NCBI GenBank assembly: GCA_963793265.1
Contig: CAWBZI010000001.1
Location: 896,001-960,000, forward strand
Source: an uncultured cyanobacterium
Lineage (GTDB): Bacteria; Cyanobacteriota; Cyanobacteriia; Phormidesmidales; Phormidesmidaceae
Length of the DNA stretch: 64,000 nt
Reading direction: 5' to 3'
Shown here: piece after piece, positions 61,527 through 64,000 of the stretch
Layout: each line of letters starts with the position of its first letter
Position numbering within the stretch: the stretch's first letter is position 1
The notes under the pieces: generated by a model
Seen by the model: only the letters and a program-made list of their open reading frames with translations
Databases searched by the model: none
What the model was told of the DNA's origin: nothing
Program-made: the position numbers and the translations under genes

Positions 61527-62555
61527 TTACGTCAAAGGGCCTAGCAGAATAACTGGCTTACGGACTCGCGCAACGAGGCCCCCAGGGTAGGTACCAGTAC
61601 GGCTACCGTTAGGGGCACTTAAGAGATTTATGAGAGCTTCTATTTGCTGGAAGCTAGGCGGCTGATCAAGGGCTTGATGCAGCAATTGACGAAAAACGCG
61701 CCGTTGAAGGGCCAAAGGAGCGCTGTCAATTAACTGAATGCTAATTTCCCAGACGATGCCATTGTTTGAACTCATATTGTTCTCAGAAATCGCTTGAACG
61801 TATAGCTGCTCAGCTTGAGCCTGTAGATAGGCAACGTCTGCTGCTGTGATTTCTGATAGTTGAGAGAGCGATCGCTCTACTTGCGGATTGAAGTGCTCGC
61901 GTAAATAGGGCAGTAGTTCTTGACGAATGCGATTACGACGAAACGTCAGGTCGCTGTTACTGCTATCTTCCCAGACTGCGATTTGCTGCTGCTGACAAAA
62001 ATCGCCCGTCTCTTGCCGACTAAACCCTAAGAGCGGTCTTACTAATGAAACCTTTGGCTCGGTAGCATTCAACAGTCGCTGCCAAGGAAGAGAACTCAGG
62101 CCGTCGATACTGGTGCCTCTAGTGAGATTGTATAAAACGGTCTCGGCGCGATCACTAGCCGTATGCCCTGTCACCACACAGTCATAGCCTTGTGCTTTAG
62201 CAACTTCAGCAAACTTTTCGTAGCGCCATTGCCTCGCTGCGGCCTCACTGTTCAAAGGTTCACGCGCAACTTCTAGCCAGGCAGAAATGCCCCAACTATC
62301 GGCAAGCTTTAAGACATGCGCGGCATTATCAGCGGAGTCTATTCGCCATTGATGATCGCAGTGCAGCAGACCTAAAGACCAGTTCCAATGATTCTTAAGA
62401 TCTAGTAATAAGCGGGCTAAACAAAGCGAGTCCTGCCCCCCAGAAACAGCCATGAGGACACGGCTATTCTTTGGAAGCAGGATGCTTTTGCGTAGCAGGG
62501 TGTGTAGTTTAGCGTGGGCGTTAGACCATGCCATTGCGCCTGTAGCTTCTGTCAC
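61527..62555 (-). CDS. tilS: tRNA(Ile)-lysidine synthetase
   Basis: AVSGGQDS, TGHTASDRAET, RPLL, EDSSN, RNRIR. Confidence 0.95.
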   Translation of the reverse strand: MTEATGAMAWSNAHAKLHTLLRKSILLPKNSRVLMAVSGGQDSLCLARLLLDLKNHWNWSLGLLHCDHQWRIDSADNAAHVLKLADSWGISAWLEVAREPLNSEAAARQWRYEKFAEVAKAQGYDCVVTGHTASDRAETVLYNLTRGTSIDGLSSLPWQRLLNATEPKVSLVRPLLGFSRQETGDFCQQQQIAVWEDSSNSDLTFRRNRIRQELLPYLREHFNPQVERSLSQLSEITAADVAYLQAQAEQLYVQAISENNMSSNNGIVWEISIQLIDSAPLALQRRVFRQLLHQALDQPPSFQQIEALINLLSAPNGSRTGTYPGGLVARVRKPVILLGPLT

Positions 62556-62650
62556 TAGCCTTTGTCACTTCGCTATACAACTCGCTATACAGCCTACGCT
62601 GCTATCAAAACAATTATGAGAAAGCAGCAATAGGGAGGTGGCTGCAAAAC

Positions 62651-64000
62651 CTAGTCCTTAGTGATGTCGTCTTTAATGTCAGTCGCTTTATCCTTGGCCT
62701 GATCTGTAGCCTCATTAATTCGCTGCTTGGCGCGATCAAGCCAGCTACTGCCGTTAGGGCCATCTGCGGCCTGCCTGGAACCTTGCAATTCAGAGCCTTG
62801 TAAGTTGCTTTGGACACCATCGACGCCGCCTTTGAAGCGATCGCGCACGCCATCAAAGCTACCCTGGCCAATTCCCTTAGCATTATCAAGACCACCTTGG
62901 ACTGAGCCCTTAGCGCCATCAACACCACCTTGGACGTTAGAGCGGATGCCATCAATACCGCCTTGAGCATTAGCGCGTGCGCCATCAATGCCGCCTTGAA
63001 TATTAGAACGCAGGTTACCAAGACCGCCTTGAGCACCACCTTTAATGTTATCGATACCGCCTTTAACAGAGCCAGATACACCATCTAGATCCATCGTGAC
63101 ATCACCAGCCTTGCCCTTCATACGGCCCGCAAGACCTGTACCTACGGCGGCAGCACCCCCAGCAATCGCGGTTCCCCCTGCCACAGCCTTGCCTAAGCTT
63201 GCTCTGCCAGCACGTTCTGCAGAAGCTGTCATACTATCAGCCTCTATAGACCCACCAATCTTAGACCCGCCCACATTGGCTGGATCGGTGCCTAAGCTAG
63301 GATCAGTACCCGGAACGTTGCCGCTACGAAAAGAGTTACGACCGACACCATCTGATTTACCGCCAGCATTCGCGCTATAGCCAGCTTCCTCTTCAGTACC
63401 ACGCTTACCCGCAGCCCAAATTAATAAGCCTAAGCCCGCCAAAGGAAGTAGTAACCACCACCAGCGACCTCGCCCAGCAGCCAAGCTATCCACACCATCG
63501 ACAGCCTCCCCAGCGAGGTTACCAGCATCATCGACGGCACCATCGACTGCGCCATTATTGCCATTAACACCTTCGACAACGCCCACGCCCAAAATAGGAT
63601 CTACACCTTCAGCAAGCAGGGTGCCATCAGCATCAACAAAGTCACCCTCAGCATTTACCAAGTAGCCTTCTGAGCTGATAAGGTTGCCGTCAGCATCGAC
63701 CCGTTGACCATCGGCATTAAGCGTACCAACGCCATCGGTTGTGGCCTCAGCTTCACCCTCTGCGATCGCTGCGGGATTCGCTTCACCAGTCGCGTTCTCA
63801 GCCGCTCCTTCAGCACCCTCGCCGCCACTGCCAGCAATAGTGGCTACGGGTAAGACACTATTGCCGCTCAAACCAGCACTTTCAATAGCCGCTTGTCCAG
63901 GCTGACCAGTAGCGTAGCCCAAGAACGCGGCCACAGCAGGAGATGCGCCACCTGCATAAACAAAGGAGTAAGGCTGAGAGAAGGGATAGCGCGGATCGCT
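62651..64000 (-). CDS. Membrane protein, 5'-truncated by the window end; probable N-terminal phosphate-binding-like domain, TM helix and Gly-rich repetitive tail
   Basis: Frame open to 64000 (SDPRYPFSQPYSFVY..SPAVAAFLG resembles the end of PstS-like domains); TM WWWLLLPLAGLGLLIW. Confidence 0.75.
   Translation of the reverse strand, partial: SDPRYPFSQPYSFVYAGGASPAVAAFLGYATGQPGQAAIESAGLSGNSVLPVATIAGSGGEGAEGAAENATGEANPAAIAEGEAEATTDGVGTLNADGQRVDADGNLISSEGYLVNAEGDFVDADGTLLAEGVDPILGVGVVEGVNGNNGAVDGAVDDAGNLAGEAVDGVDSLAAGRGRWWWLLLPLAGLGLLIWAAGKRGTEEEAGYSANAGGKSDGVGRNSFRSGNVPGTDPSLGTDPANVGGSKIGGSIEADSMTASAERAGRASLGKAVAGGTAIAGGAAAVGTGLAGRMKGKAGDVTMDLDGVSGSVKGGIDNIKGGAQGGLGNLRSNIQGGIDGARANAQGGIDGIRSNVQGGVDGAKGSVQGGLDNAKGIGQGSFDGVRDRFKGGVDGVQSNLQGSELQGSRQAADGPNGSSWLDRAKQRINEATDQAKDKATDIKDDITKD
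62804..63067 (-). repeat. Eight tandem 33-bp (11-aa) coding repeats
   Basis: VKGGIDNIKGG/AQGGLGNLRSN/IQGGIDGARAN/AQGGIDGIRSN/VQGGVDGAKGS/VQGGLDNAKGI/GQGSFDGVRDR/FKGGVDGVQSN. Confidence 0.85.

Noticed and set aside
62614..63084. 156-aa same-strand alternative-frame ORF
   Set aside because: Stop-free frame produced by the 33-bp repeats of the main gene

Overview
Chromosomal segment of a cyanobacterium: dense HIP1 octamers (GCGATCGC), photosynthesis and respiration genes (rubA-ycf48-psbEFLJ, psaI, ndhCKJ, psbM, psbB-psbT, psbA, ccmP, pxcA) and housekeeping genes (fabG, hemH, hrcA, rbcR/ycf30, nrdR, rpsA, metK, dnaG, queA, tilS). It also carries two type II toxin-antitoxin pairs and two Ser/Thr kinase modules. 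Five small photosystem genes missing from the ORF track (psbJ, psbL, psbF, psbM, psbT) were translated by hand. The main candidate for an undescribed system is a ~20 kb cell-surface region (22.6-43.2 kb). Its core is a PPTase / FAAL - acyl-CoA dehydrogenase - ACP - MBOAT - SGNH-like operon, a Dlt-like relay that would export a fatty acyl group rather than D-Ala or acetate. The operon is translationally coupled to an NdbB-like quinone reductase, followed by an HTTM-DCC membrane protein. Other observations: a G/T-rich to C/A-rich composition switch centred on many HIP1 sites, a +1 frameshift splitting an FHA-FHA-ABC gene, a His201Asn change at a CP47 chlorophyll ligand, an AlkA remnant, a GTAG-type REP-like element and an unannotated small ORF. 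No tRNA, rRNA, CRISPR array or transposase was recognised. All family assignments come from visual motif recognition, not database searches.
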